Assembly: GCA_002254825.2 (NCBI GenBank)
Contig: NJEL02000002.1
Span: 1 to 35,312, forward strand
Length of the DNA stretch: 35,312 nt
Source of the DNA: Methanosarcinales archaeon ex4572_44
GTDB taxonomy: Archaea > Halobacteriota > Methanosarcinia > Methanosarcinales > EX4572-44
Direction of reading: 5' to 3'
Each line of letters begins with the position of its first letter. Position 1 is the first letter of the stretch. Made by a program: the position numbers and the translations under genes. Shown here piece by piece: positions 9,539 to 18,350 of this stretch. A model generated the notes under the pieces. The model was given only the letters and a program-made list of their open reading frames with translations, made no database searches and was not told where the DNA came from.

Positions 9539-9928
9539 ATGTTGTTGGATCCAGTGGCAGATGCACTCTCAGCCATCAAGAATGCTGAACATGCGTCCAA
9601 AAAGGTATGCACCATCAAACCAGCATCAAAGCTGATTGGAAGAATGTTAAAGGTCATGCAGGATGCAGGGTATCTCGGAGAGTTTGAGCTCTTGGACGAT
9701 GGAAAGGCAGGTATCTTCACGGTGGAGTTGAAAGGGCAGATCAACCGATGTGGCGTGATAAAACCCAGACACGACGTGAAACACAGGGAATTTGAAGATT
9801 GGGAGAAACGATACCTTCCTGCAAGAAAATTTGGAGCACTCATACTTACAACGCCAGAGGGTGTGATGTCCCACCGCGAAGCGATAGAAAAAGGCATTGG
9901 AGGGCAACTACTCGCATACGTGTACTGA
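9539..9928 (+). CDS. rps8: 30S ribosomal protein S8 (uS8)
   Basis: [19 protein letters not shown]...[13 protein letters not shown] signature. GAGGTGA lies 10 nt upstream. Confidence 0.95.
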   Translation: MLLDPVADALSAIKNAEHASKKVCTIKPASKLIGRMLKVMQDAGYLGEFELLDDGKAGIFTVELKGQINRCGVIKPRHDVKHREFEDWEKRYLPARKFGALILTTPEGVMSHREAIEKGIGGQLLAYVY

Positions 9929-9947
9929 AGAGAGAGGCGATTAATAG

Positions 9948-10475
9948 ATGGAGATCAAAGCGATAGAGATCAGCATCCCTGAAAATATAACCGCAGAGGT
10001 CGGAGAGAGAACGATCACCGTCACAGGTGAAAAAGGAAGTATAGAGCGAGAGTTGTGGTATCCAGGCGTGAGTATAAGGATGAAAGATTCGAAAATAATA
10101 GTAAAAGCAGAGAAAATACGCAAAAGACAGGCTGCAATGGTCGGAACACTGGCATCCCACATCCAAAACATGATACAGGGTGTAAGCGAGGGTTACACAT
10201 ACAGGATGAAGATGGTCTTTGCACACTTCCCGATACAGTTGAGGGTTGAAGGCGATCATCTCTCCATAGCAAACTTTCTCGGAGAAAAAAAACCACGCAG
10301 CGCACGAATACACAGCGGAGTCGACGTGAAGGTTGCGGGTGATCTAATCACAGTCACAGGTATCAACAAAGAAGACGTTGGTCAGACAGCGGCAAACATC
10401 GAGCAGGCCACCAGGATAAAAGGCTTTGATCCAAGGGTCTTCCAGGACGGGATATACTTAATAGCAAAGGCATGA
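9948..10475 (+). CDS. rpl6: 50S ribosomal protein L6 (uL6)
   Basis: 175 aa, conserved position, L6 motifs (YTYRMKMVFAHFPIQL...FLGEKKPR). Confidence 0.94.
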   Translation: MEIKAIEISIPENITAEVGERTITVTGEKGSIERELWYPGVSIRMKDSKIIVKAEKIRKRQAAMVGTLASHIQNMIQGVSEGYTYRMKMVFAHFPIQLRVEGDHLSIANFLGEKKPRSARIHSGVDVKVAGDLITVTGINKEDVGQTAANIEQATRIKGFDPRVFQDGIYLIAKA

Positions 10476-10488
10476 GAGGTGAAAAGGG

Positions 10489-10881
10489 ATGGATAGACTG
10501 CTCAGGGTACGAAAAAAGCAGAAGGCAAAAAAGCCAGAATTCAAACGGGCAGACGCCCACAAAAAGAAGAGACTTGATGATAATTGGAGAAAACCACGCG
10601 GGTTGCATAACAAGTCCAGAAAACACATCAAGGGCAAGGCTAAAGTGGCACACCCAGGATACGGAAGCCCTGCCAGTGTACGCGGAATGCATCCATCAGG
10701 TTTCAGGGAAATCCTGATCCACACGCCGCAAGAGCTTGAGGGCGTTGATGCCTCAACCACTGCTGTTCGGATCGGCGGTGGCGTCGGCTGGAAGAAGAGA
10801 ACGGTGATAGAAGAGCGCGCCCAAGAACTTGGGATCAAGGTTTTGAACGCCAAGACGAGCAAGGTTGGTGAAGAAGCATGA
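10489..10881 (+). CDS. rpl32e: 50S ribosomal protein L32e
   Basis: [30 protein letters not shown] signature in the conserved position. Confidence 0.94.
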   Translation: MDRLLRVRKKQKAKKPEFKRADAHKKKRLDDNWRKPRGLHNKSRKHIKGKAKVAHPGYGSPASVRGMHPSGFREILIHTPQELEGVDASTTAVRIGGGVGWKKRTVIEERAQELGIKVLNAKTSKVGEEA

Positions 10882-11324
10882 CAGACCTATCAAACCAACG
10901 AAGGCTTGCAGCCAAGATCCTGAAAGTTGGGCTTGGAAGGGTCTGGATCGACAATGAAGCATCTGAAGATATTGCAGCAGCGATCACCCGCAAAGACGTC
11001 AGGAACTTGATCGATGAAGGAAAGATCAAGAAAAGACAGATTAAAGGTGTGAGCCGTGGGCGTGCACGCTTGCGAGATGTAAAGAGAGCCTATGGGCATC
11101 AGCGGGGGCATGGAACCCGCAAGGGTGCGAAAGGCGCACGCCATCCACGAAAGCGAGATTGGATAAAGAAGATACGTGCCCAGAGGCGAAGGCTCAGAGA
11201 GCTTCGAAGCGAAGGTACAATCGACGCCTCAACGCATCATAGACTCTATCGAAAGGCAAAGGGTGGAGAGTATCGTAGCGTGGCTCACCTTGAAGCACAC
11301 ATAGAACTATCAAAGGAGCAGTGA
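10878..11324 (+). CDS. rpl19e: 50S ribosomal protein L19e
   Basis: [22 protein letters not shown] signature. ATGA overlap with rpl32e. Confidence 0.95.
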   Translation: MTDLSNQRRLAAKILKVGLGRVWIDNEASEDIAAAITRKDVRNLIDEGKIKKRQIKGVSRGRARLRDVKRAYGHQRGHGTRKGAKGARHPRKRDWIKKIRAQRRRLRELRSEGTIDASTHHRLYRKAKGGEYRSVAHLEAHIELSKEQ

Positions 11325-11330
11325 ATCAAA

Positions 11331-11852
11331 GTGGCAAGAGGACCAGGGTACAAGGTGGCTTTCAGAAGACGTAGAGAAGGTCGTACCAATTATCATAGCA
11401 GAAGAAAACTGATAATATCAGGAAAACCACGACTCGTCATCAGGAAAAGCCTGAAACACACACAGATACAACTTGTGACTGCAGAACAGGGTGGCGACAA
11501 GACGCATGTCAGCGCAATATCCACAGAGCTTAAAAAATATGGCTACACGTGCAGTACATCAAATACCAGTGCAGCATACCTAACAGGTCTGTTGATGGGA
11601 TATCGTATGCTCGATTCTGGATTGGGCTCGGCAATTCTCGATATCGGGTTGCACCCCGCAATAAAAGGCTCCAGGGTCTATGCCGCGGTCAAAGGTGCCA
11701 GGGACGCTGGTGTCGACATCCCCTGCGATGAAAGGGTCTTTCCCAGCGATGAAAGAATACATGGTCAGGCGGCAGCAGAATACAATGGTAACGAGATCCC
11801 AGCTCAGTTTGAAGCTGCTGTCGAGAATATAAATAATCTCTACGAGGAATGA
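11331..11852 (+). CDS. rpl18: 50S ribosomal protein L18 (uL18)
   Basis: [27 protein letters not shown] signature. GTG start. Confidence 0.94.
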   Translation: MARGPGYKVAFRRRREGRTNYHSRRKLIISGKPRLVIRKSLKHTQIQLVTAEQGGDKTHVSAISTELKKYGYTCSTSNTSAAYLTGLLMGYRMLDSGLGSAILDIGLHPAIKGSRVYAAVKGARDAGVDIPCDERVFPSDERIHGQAAAEYNGNEIPAQFEAAVENINNLYEE

Positions 11853-11856
11853 TTAT

Positions 11857-12516
11857 ATGAGGGGCAAAAAAAGGGACGATGGTCGCCGTAAACGTGAACC
11901 AAGAACTGTAAATGTGGTTGAATGGATGCCTAAGACGCGCCTTGGCCAACTTGTTAAGGATGGTCAGATCACAACGATGGATGAAGCCCTCAGGTCAGGT
12001 TTTGTGATCCGTGAAGCTGAGATCGTGGACGTACTATTACCCGATCTCAGGGAAGAAGTGATAGATATAAACATGGTCCAGCGGATGACAGACTCTGGTA
12101 GGAGAGTGAAGTTCAGGGCAACTGTGATCGTTGGAAATGGGGATGGATTCATAGGCATCGGTCAGGGCAAGGACGCGCAAGTTGGACCTGCCATAAGAAA
12201 GGCAGTTAACGCTGGAAAGCGAGGAATACTACACGTCAGGCGTGGTTGTGGTTCATGGGAGTGCGGGTGCGGCGAAGCCCACACCGTGCCCTTCGAGGTA
12301 CAGGGCAAGTCTGGAAGCGTTGTCGTCGTACTGAAGCCTGCTCCAAAAGGACTTGGTCTCGTGGCTGGCGAGACCGCGAGGAAGGTTATGGAGATTGCAG
12401 GGATAAAAGACGTGTGGACATACTCAGAGGGCAGAACCCGGACCACGTTGAACTTTGCCAAGGCAACCTACGATGCATTACAACAGACGCTCACAACAAG
12501 AGTAGTAGAGGTGTGA
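11857..12516 (+). CDS. rps5: 30S ribosomal protein S5 (uS5)
   Basis: [23 protein letters not shown]...[17 protein letters not shown] signature. Confidence 0.95.
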   Translation: MRGKKRDDGRRKREPRTVNVVEWMPKTRLGQLVKDGQITTMDEALRSGFVIREAEIVDVLLPDLREEVIDINMVQRMTDSGRRVKFRATVIVGNGDGFIGIGQGKDAQVGPAIRKAVNAGKRGILHVRRGCGSWECGCGEAHTVPFEVQGKSGSVVVVLKPAPKGLGLVAGETARKVMEIAGIKDVWTYSEGRTRTTLNFAKATYDALQQTLTTRVVEV

Positions 12517-12524
12517 AAAGTCTC

Positions 12525-12986
12525 ATGTATGCTGCGATCAGGCTTCGTGGGGGTGTGAACGCTCGCTCCGAGATCAATGAAACTCTCAGGTTGTTGCGCT
12601 TGAACCGTGTCAACCATTGCGTGGTGGTGGATGAAAATCCTCATTATAAAGGGATGCTCCAGAAAGTGGCGGGGTATATAGCATGGGGTGAGGTCTCAAA
12701 CGAGTCTCTCTCACTTCTCTTAAAGCATAGGGGCGAACTCGCTCGCGGGGTGAGGGTAACCGATGAGTACATCGAGGGCAACACAGATCATGGCTCGATA
12801 GATGAGTTCTCCCGCGCGGTCTTGCAGGGTGACGCACGTCTTAGAGATGTTCCTGGCTTAAGTCCTGTTTTCAGGCTGCACCCCCCAAGAAAAGGGCATC
12901 GGGGAATCAAGAAGAGTTACCGTGAAGGGGGAGTACTGGGTTACCACGGAGACGAGATAGCGACACTGATAAAAAAGATGAGATAA
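12525..12986 (+). CDS. rpl30: 50S ribosomal protein L30 (uL30)
   Basis: MYAAIRLRGGVNARSEINETLRLLRLNRVNH signature. ATG 12525 lies 9 nt after the rps5 stop. The track's long N-terminal extension (from 12246) overlaps rps5 out of frame and is discarded. Confidence 0.93.
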   Translation: MYAAIRLRGGVNARSEINETLRLLRLNRVNHCVVVDENPHYKGMLQKVAGYIAWGEVSNESLSLLLKHRGELARGVRVTDEYIEGNTDHGSIDEFSRAVLQGDARLRDVPGLSPVFRLHPPRKGHRGIKKSYREGGVLGYHGDEIATLIKKMR

Positions 12987-13010
12987 TAATATATATTTTG
13001 GTGGTTATGT

Positions 13011-13436
13011 ATGGGCAAGGAAAAAGCTAAGAAATATCGGGGATCTCGCACTTGCGGCGGCGGCACCCACAAGAACCGACGAGGTGCAGGCAGCCGAGGC
13101 GGACGCGGGAATGCTGGTGTATACAAACACCATGCAATGAGAACATCAAAAATGGGACTGAAACAGGGCAAACACGGGTTCACATGTCACGCAGCAACAC
13201 GAATAAAAACGATCGTGAACGTTAGTGAACTCGATGAGATCATTGAAGAACTCGTATCGGATGGAATAGCACGAAAGGAAGATGACTCCTATCATCTGAG
13301 CCTCGCAGACCTGGGAATCGATAAGGTGCTCGGCACAGGCAGAGTCACAAAAAGAATGATGATCCAGGCAGAAGAAGCCAGTCCCAGAGCAAAATCCAAG
13401 ATCGAGAGCGTCGGTGGATCTATAACAACAAAATAA
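13011..13436 (+). CDS. rpl15: 50S ribosomal protein L15 (uL15)
   Basis: KKYRGSRTCGGGTHKNRRGAGSRGGRGNAG signature. Confidence 0.95.
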   Translation: MGKEKAKKYRGSRTCGGGTHKNRRGAGSRGGRGNAGVYKHHAMRTSKMGLKQGKHGFTCHAATRIKTIVNVSELDEIIEELVSDGIARKEDDSYHLSLADLGIDKVLGTGRVTKRMMIQAEEASPRAKSKIESVGGSITTK

Positions 13437-13472
13437 AAAAACAACCGCTAAACCCAACGGAGAACGGCCAAG

Positions 13473-14942
13473 ATGAGCATATTCGAAGCCCTTTCACCAG
13501 TACTATTACGACTGCCTTCGGTCTCACGTCCAGAAGGGCACCTCCCATTCAAAACACGGATGATGTGGACAATCGGAATACTTATACTATACTTTGCACT
13601 TTCAAACGTTCCACTCTTCGGACTCTCAGCAGAGTCGATCGATCTTTTCGAAATGTACCGTGCATTCTTTGCAGGAGCTTCAGGCTCGATCCTACTCCTC
13701 GGAATAGGTCCAATCGTTACCGCATCAATCGTTTTACAACTACTTGTTGGTGCAAACGTAATCAGGATGGATCTCTCCGATCCACATCAACAGGCACTCT
13801 TCCAGGGTGCTCAGAAGTTACTCGTCTTCGTGATGATCACACTTGAAACGCTCCCACAACTATTCGGCGGTTTCATAAAACCTGATGAAGCAATAGCAGC
13901 CACGCTCGGCGTCGGCATAAACATCGTAGTGCTGATACTATTCATCCAGATATTCATCGGCGGAGTACTGATCCTATTTATGGATGAAATAGTCTCAAAA
14001 TGGGGGATAGGATCAGGCGTAGGACTCTTTATAATCGCAGGCGTCTCACAACAGATCATCACAGGCGTCTTCAACTGGAAACTCAACAAAGGAACAGGAA
14101 TCCCGATCGGACTGATACCAAAATGGGTGTACCTCATACAAAACGAAGGAGTAGAGTACCTATTATCAAGCGATATGCTAATACAGGGCGGTATACTCGC
14201 ATTAGTCACCACAGTCGCGATTTTCCTGATGGTCGTCTACGTCGAGAGCACAAGAATCGAGATACCGCTCGCACATAGCGCTGTTAGAGGTGCTCGCGGC
14301 AGATTCCCTGTAAAACTGATCTATGCAAGCGTACTCCCGATGATCCTCGTACGAGCACTCCAGGCAAACATCCAGATGATAGGCACAGTCCTCTACAGCC
14401 GCGGCATAACCATCTTTGGCGAGTACAGCGGTAGCACGCCACTCAACGGAATAATGTACTACCTTGCACCACTACACAGCCCAAACGACTGGATTCCTTC
14501 TCTCGTGGATCAGCACTACACAAGCCTCGGAGCAGCAGTACCAGCAGGATGGCAGATATTCCTCCACGTAATAACAGACGCGGCATTTCTCATAGTCGGC
14601 GGAATAGTATTTGCCATCTTTTGGATTGAAACGACAGGCATGGATGCAAAGAGCGTGGCAGCAAAGATCGGAGGCTCAGGCATGCAGATACCAGGATTCA
14701 GGCGAAGCACAGGCAGCATCGAACGCGTAATGCAACGATATATCCCAGGGGTAACTGTCATCGGTGGTGCATTTATAGGTTTTCTAACGTTCTTAGCAAG
14801 CCTCCTTGGAACAATAGGAGGCGTCGGCGGAACAGGCCTGCTGCTCACAGTAAGCATCATGTATCGCCTCTATGAAGACATAGCATCAGAGCAAATGATG
14901 GAAATACACCCAATGCTTCGTGGATTCCTCGGAGGGAGCTAA
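13473..14942 (+). CDS. secY: preprotein translocase subunit SecY
   Basis: 489 aa, 10-TM-type hydrophobic profile, conserved position after rpl15, archaeal SecY motifs (FKTRMMWTIGILILYF, GIGPIVTASIVLQLL). Confidence 0.95.
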   Translation: MSIFEALSPVLLRLPSVSRPEGHLPFKTRMMWTIGILILYFALSNVPLFGLSAESIDLFEMYRAFFAGASGSILLLGIGPIVTASIVLQLLVGANVIRMDLSDPHQQALFQGAQKLLVFVMITLETLPQLFGGFIKPDEAIAATLGVGINIVVLILFIQIFIGGVLILFMDEIVSKWGIGSGVGLFIIAGVSQQIITGVFNWKLNKGTGIPIGLIPKWVYLIQNEGVEYLLSSDMLIQGGILALVTTVAIFLMVVYVESTRIEIPLAHSAVRGARGRFPVKLIYASVLPMILVRALQANIQMIGTVLYSRGITIFGEYSGSTPLNGIMYYLAPLHSPNDWIPSLVDQHYTSLGAAVPAGWQIFLHVITDAAFLIVGGIVFAIFWIETTGMDAKSVAAKIGGSGMQIPGFRRSTGSIERVMQRYIPGVTVIGGAFIGFLTFLASLLGTIGGVGGTGLLLTVSIMYRLYEDIASEQMMEIHPMLRGFLGGS

Positions 14943-14973
14943 AAAATCGTAGAGAGCCACTCTCTACGATTTT
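14943..14973. terminator. perfect 14-bp stem / 3-nt loop hairpin between convergent secY and the glycosyltransferase gene; possible bidirectional terminator
   Basis: AAAATCGTAGAGAG-cca-CTCTCTACGATTTT. The A/T runs at both ends give U-tracts on either transcript. It begins 1 nt after the secY stop, and its right arm overlaps the last codons of the minus-strand gene. Confidence 0.5.
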
Positions 14974-16199
14974 GGGGGGTATTTGTAGAAGAGTGTTATG
15001 CCATATTCGTCTGGTGGGTTTTTCATCTCTCTCCATAGTATGTATTCTGGTGTTATGTCTTTTGTTTTGAACCAGTACCAATTCATTTTGGCGCTGTCAA
15101 GTCGCTGGTATTGGTTGCTCAGTTTGTTCTGTACTTTTGGCGCGTCTGTGTCGTGGACTACGATCAATGGCGCGTTCAGTTGTGAGTCAGTTTTTACTTT
15201 CCAGCGTATGTTTTCATAATGACGTAGGTACCAGAGGAATTGTGTTTCGATCGCGGTGTCGGTTACATGGATTTCCGTGTTATATCTGTCCCAGTGGTTC
15301 GCGACTTCATCGATTTTGTCCAGCATTTCTTGGAATTTTTGTGGTGGTTGTGCTGCCTGAATCAGTGGTTCTGCCGGGTCTGTGTAATTGTGGTAGTTGA
15401 GTTGGAGGCTTGAGAAGACAAGCAGTAGGGTGGTCGTGATGAAGATTGCTACGAGTATCTGTCTGGTTTGCGGGTTGTTATTCTGGTGTTTCTGTAGTGT
15501 CTCGTTCAGTGTGGTTGATGCGAGGAGGATCATAGGTAGGAGTATGTGTATTGTGAGCCATGGTACTTTCTCTCCGAGGTAGGAGTATGCTGCAAGGCTT
15601 GTTAGGGTCCAGTAGATTAGGAATATTCTGAATCGGGCTGGTTTCTCTGGTTTTTGGATTGCTCCGATTGCTGCGAAGATCACGATCGGTAGTTCGTACA
15701 GTAATAGGATTGGGATATAGAAGTATGGTGGCCCACTGACGCGTTCTGTGGTGTGCATCCTGTACCAGTGGGTTAAGGCTGATTCAAAGGATGTTGCAAA
15801 GCCATGTGGATTTGAGAAAAAATCTGTGTAGAAGAGTGCATATACTATTAAAAAGGATGCGAGTATCGTTATTGTTGCTTGGTGGTGTTTTTTGATAGAT
15901 CTCCATGGTTGCAGTGGTTTTTTTGATATAATGTCCAGCAGGCATATGAGTGCGAGGTAGGATGTAAAGATCGCTATGTAGATGTACGTGTTCTCCTTTG
16001 CTGATGCAGAAAGCCCAAAGAATATTCCCGCACCAGCTGCAAAGAAGAGATTTCTTTTATCGTTGTATTTCAGGATACAGATTATGGCTGCAAGCATGAA
16101 GAAGGCTACAAACATGTCGTTTCTGAAGAAACGAGAGTAATAAAGGAAGGATGGTGATATGGCAAGGAAGAAGGCTGCAATGATTGCACCGCGCCTCAA
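14964..16199 (-). CDS. polytopic membrane protein, GT-C/PMT_2-like glycosyltransferase family (TIGR03663-like); apparently lacks the usual N-terminal ~100 aa
   Basis: The 411-aa product is multi-TM. Its N-terminus AISPSFLYYSRFFRNDMFVAFF resembles the internal conserved block of this family. Only a TTG start is available, with an in-frame stop 8 codons upstream. A soluble C-terminal domain is present. Confidence 0.6.
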   Translation of the reverse strand: MRRGAIIAAFFLAISPSFLYYSRFFRNDMFVAFFMLAAIICILKYNDKRNLFFAAGAGIFFGLSASAKENTYIYIAIFTSYLALICLLDIISKKPLQPWRSIKKHHQATITILASFLIVYALFYTDFFSNPHGFATSFESALTHWYRMHTTERVSGPPYFYIPILLLYELPIVIFAAIGAIQKPEKPARFRIFLIYWTLTSLAAYSYLGEKVPWLTIHILLPMILLASTTLNETLQKHQNNNPQTRQILVAIFITTTLLLVFSSLQLNYHNYTDPAEPLIQAAQPPQKFQEMLDKIDEVANHWDRYNTEIHVTDTAIETQFLWYLRHYENIRWKVKTDSQLNAPLIVVHDTDAPKVQNKLSNQYQRLDSAKMNWYWFKTKDITPEYILWREMKNPPDEYGITLFYKYPPKS

Positions 16200-16328
16200 A
16201 GAGGGCGAGTGTGATGATCTCTATCTGTACACGGTACTTGGTCAGTGGTTGCATTATCTAACACCGTCTGCTCGTGTTATGGTGGTCATGTAGATGGTTA
16301 TATATGTTGTTGTTAGAGTTATATCTGT

Positions 16329-18350
16329 ATGCGTGAAATTCCGGTTGGTAATGGCAGATTGCTTGTAAACTTTGATGCTGATTATCAGATCCGTGACATC
16401 TATTATCCTCATGTCGGTCTTGAGAATCATGGTGTTGGTTTTCCGTTCCGCTTCGGTCTATGGGTGGACGGTGATTTTTCGTGGATGGGGGATGAGTGGG
16501 AGAAGAGTTTGAAGTATCTCCCTGAGACCCTTGTGACCGATGTGAGACTTGTGAATAGAAGGCTTGGAATTGAGTTATTGTGCAATGACGTGGTCGATAT
16601 CGGGAGGGATATTTACATCCGTCAGATCAGAGTGGTTAACGAGCGGGATGAACTTCGGGAGGTGCGGTTGTTCTTCCATCAGGATTTTAGGATTATGGAA
16701 AATGCTGTTGGAGATACTGCAAGTTATGATCCTGGCACCGGCAGCGTGATTCATTATAAGGGCAAGAGATATTTTCTCGTCAGTGCTATTCGTGATGGTA
16801 AAAAAGGTGTTGATCAGTTTGCCACAGGTTTCAAGCAGTTTCACAATTTTGAAGGCACTTGGAAGGATGCTGAGGATGGTGTGCTCAGCAGGGGTCCAAT
16901 TGCACAGGGTTCTGTCGATTCCACGGTTGGTGTGAACCTTGTGCTTGATCCTCGTGGCGAGAAGGCAGTGTATTATATCATTGCTGTTGGGCGTGATTAT
17001 GGTACGGTTAGGGAGGGGTATTATTATCTGCTAGACCGTACACCGAGTTATTTCATACACCGCACAGAGAACTACTGGAAGAGGTGGGTGAACAAGACCG
17101 ATTTCAACTTCACGAACCTGCCTCCTCCAATTGTCGAGTTTTTTAAGAAGAGTCTTTTAATCCTCAGAACCCAGGTTGATGAGGGCGGTGCGATCATCGC
17201 AGCCAACGATACCGATATTCTCCAATTTGGTCGTGACACGTACAGTTACATGTGGCCAAGGGATGGTGCACTTGTGGCTTACGGGCTTGGTCTTTCGAAC
17301 AATCCTGCTATTGCAGAGCGTTTCTTCACATTCTGTTCAGGCATTCTGATGCATATCGGGTATCTCTTTCACAAGTACAATCCGGACGGGTCTATCGGGA
17401 GTTCCTGGCATCCTTGGATCATAGATGGTAGGAGGGTGCTTCCAATTCAAGAAGATGAGACTGCACTTGTGATCTGGGCATTGTGGGAGCATTTCGAGCG
17501 TTTTCGAAATATCGACTTTATTCGCTCGATCTATCATCCGTTGATCACGCAGGCTTCCGATTTCATGGTGAAGTATCGGGATAACGAGACAGGTCTCCCT
17601 GATCAGTCGTATGATCTCTGGGAGGAGCGGCGTGGCATTCACACCTTCACAACCTCTGCCGTCTACGGTGGCCTGATTGCAGCCGCTCGCTTTGCCGAGC
17701 TCTTCCATGACACCAGTGCCTGCAGGGAATACAATGCTGCAGCCCGTGAGATCAGATCTGGGTTGGAGCGGTATCTTTACAGTGAGGAGCTTAGGCGTTT
17801 TGTTCGAAGGATTGTTCCGAAGGGGTATGATGTTGATGGCGGTTTTGAGGTGGACGAGACCATTGATGCAAGCCTCTATGGAATATTTAAGTTCGGGGTC
17901 TTCAAGCCTGATGACCCGCGTGTGATCGATACCATGAAGACCATTGAAGATCGGCTCTGGGTCAAGAGTGATGTTGGTGGTGTTGCCCGTTACGAGGACG
18001 ATTATTATCACCGAGTTAGTAAGGATATAGCGAATGTACCAGGTAATCCATGGTTCATCTGCACGCTCTGGCTTGCACAGCATCGTATTGCAGTGGCACG
18101 CACGGTGAAAGAGTTAAAACTGGCAATCCCGCTCATGGAGTGGGTTGTTAGGCATGCCACGCCTTCGGGTGTTCTGGCTGAGCAGTTGGACCCTTATACT
18201 GGTGAACCGCTTTCGGTAAGCCCGCTCACGTGGAGCCATGGAGAGTTTGTAGCGACCGTGATGGAGTTTATTGAGAAGACAAAAAATCTGACCGTTTCAG
18301 CCGTCCTTGAATCGTATCATCTTGGTAGCGCTAAAAAGCGAAGTCCTTGA
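16329..18350 (+). CDS. glycoside hydrolase family 15 (glucoamylase / glucodextranase / trehalase type)
   Basis: 673 aa with an N-terminal beta-sandwich plus (alpha/alpha)6 catalytic domain. Motifs: YSYMWPRDGA, YDLWEERRGIHTFT (catalytic acid region), PWFICTLWLAQ, LAEQLDPYTGEPLSVSPLTWSH. Confidence 0.85.
   Translation: MREIPVGNGRLLVNFDADYQIRDIYYPHVGLENHGVGFPFRFGLWVDGDFSWMGDEWEKSLKYLPETLVTDVRLVNRRLGIELLCNDVVDIGRDIYIRQIRVVNERDELREVRLFFHQDFRIMENAVGDTASYDPGTGSVIHYKGKRYFLVSAIRDGKKGVDQFATGFKQFHNFEGTWKDAEDGVLSRGPIAQGSVDSTVGVNLVLDPRGEKAVYYIIAVGRDYGTVREGYYYLLDRTPSYFIHRTENYWKRWVNKTDFNFTNLPPPIVEFFKKSLLILRTQVDEGGAIIAANDTDILQFGRDTYSYMWPRDGALVAYGLGLSNNPAIAERFFTFCSGILMHIGYLFHKYNPDGSIGSSWHPWIIDGRRVLPIQEDETALVIWALWEHFERFRNIDFIRSIYHPLITQASDFMVKYRDNETGLPDQSYDLWEERRGIHTFTTSAVYGGLIAAARFAELFHDTSACREYNAAAREIRSGLERYLYSEELRRFVRRIVPKGYDVDGGFEVDETIDASLYGIFKFGVFKPDDPRVIDTMKTIEDRLWVKSDVGGVARYEDDYYHRVSKDIANVPGNPWFICTLWLAQHRIAVARTVKELKLAIPLMEWVVRHATPSGVLAEQLDPYTGEPLSVSPLTWSHGEFVATVMEFIEKTKNLTVSAVLESYHLGSAKKRSP

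Noticed and set aside
12246-12524. Long N-terminal extension of the rpl30 ORF in the track
   Set aside because: It overlaps rps5 out of frame and its sequence is Arg/Cys/Trp-rich nonsense. The conserved L30 N-terminus MYAAIRLRG starts at ATG 12525, just after the rps5 stop.
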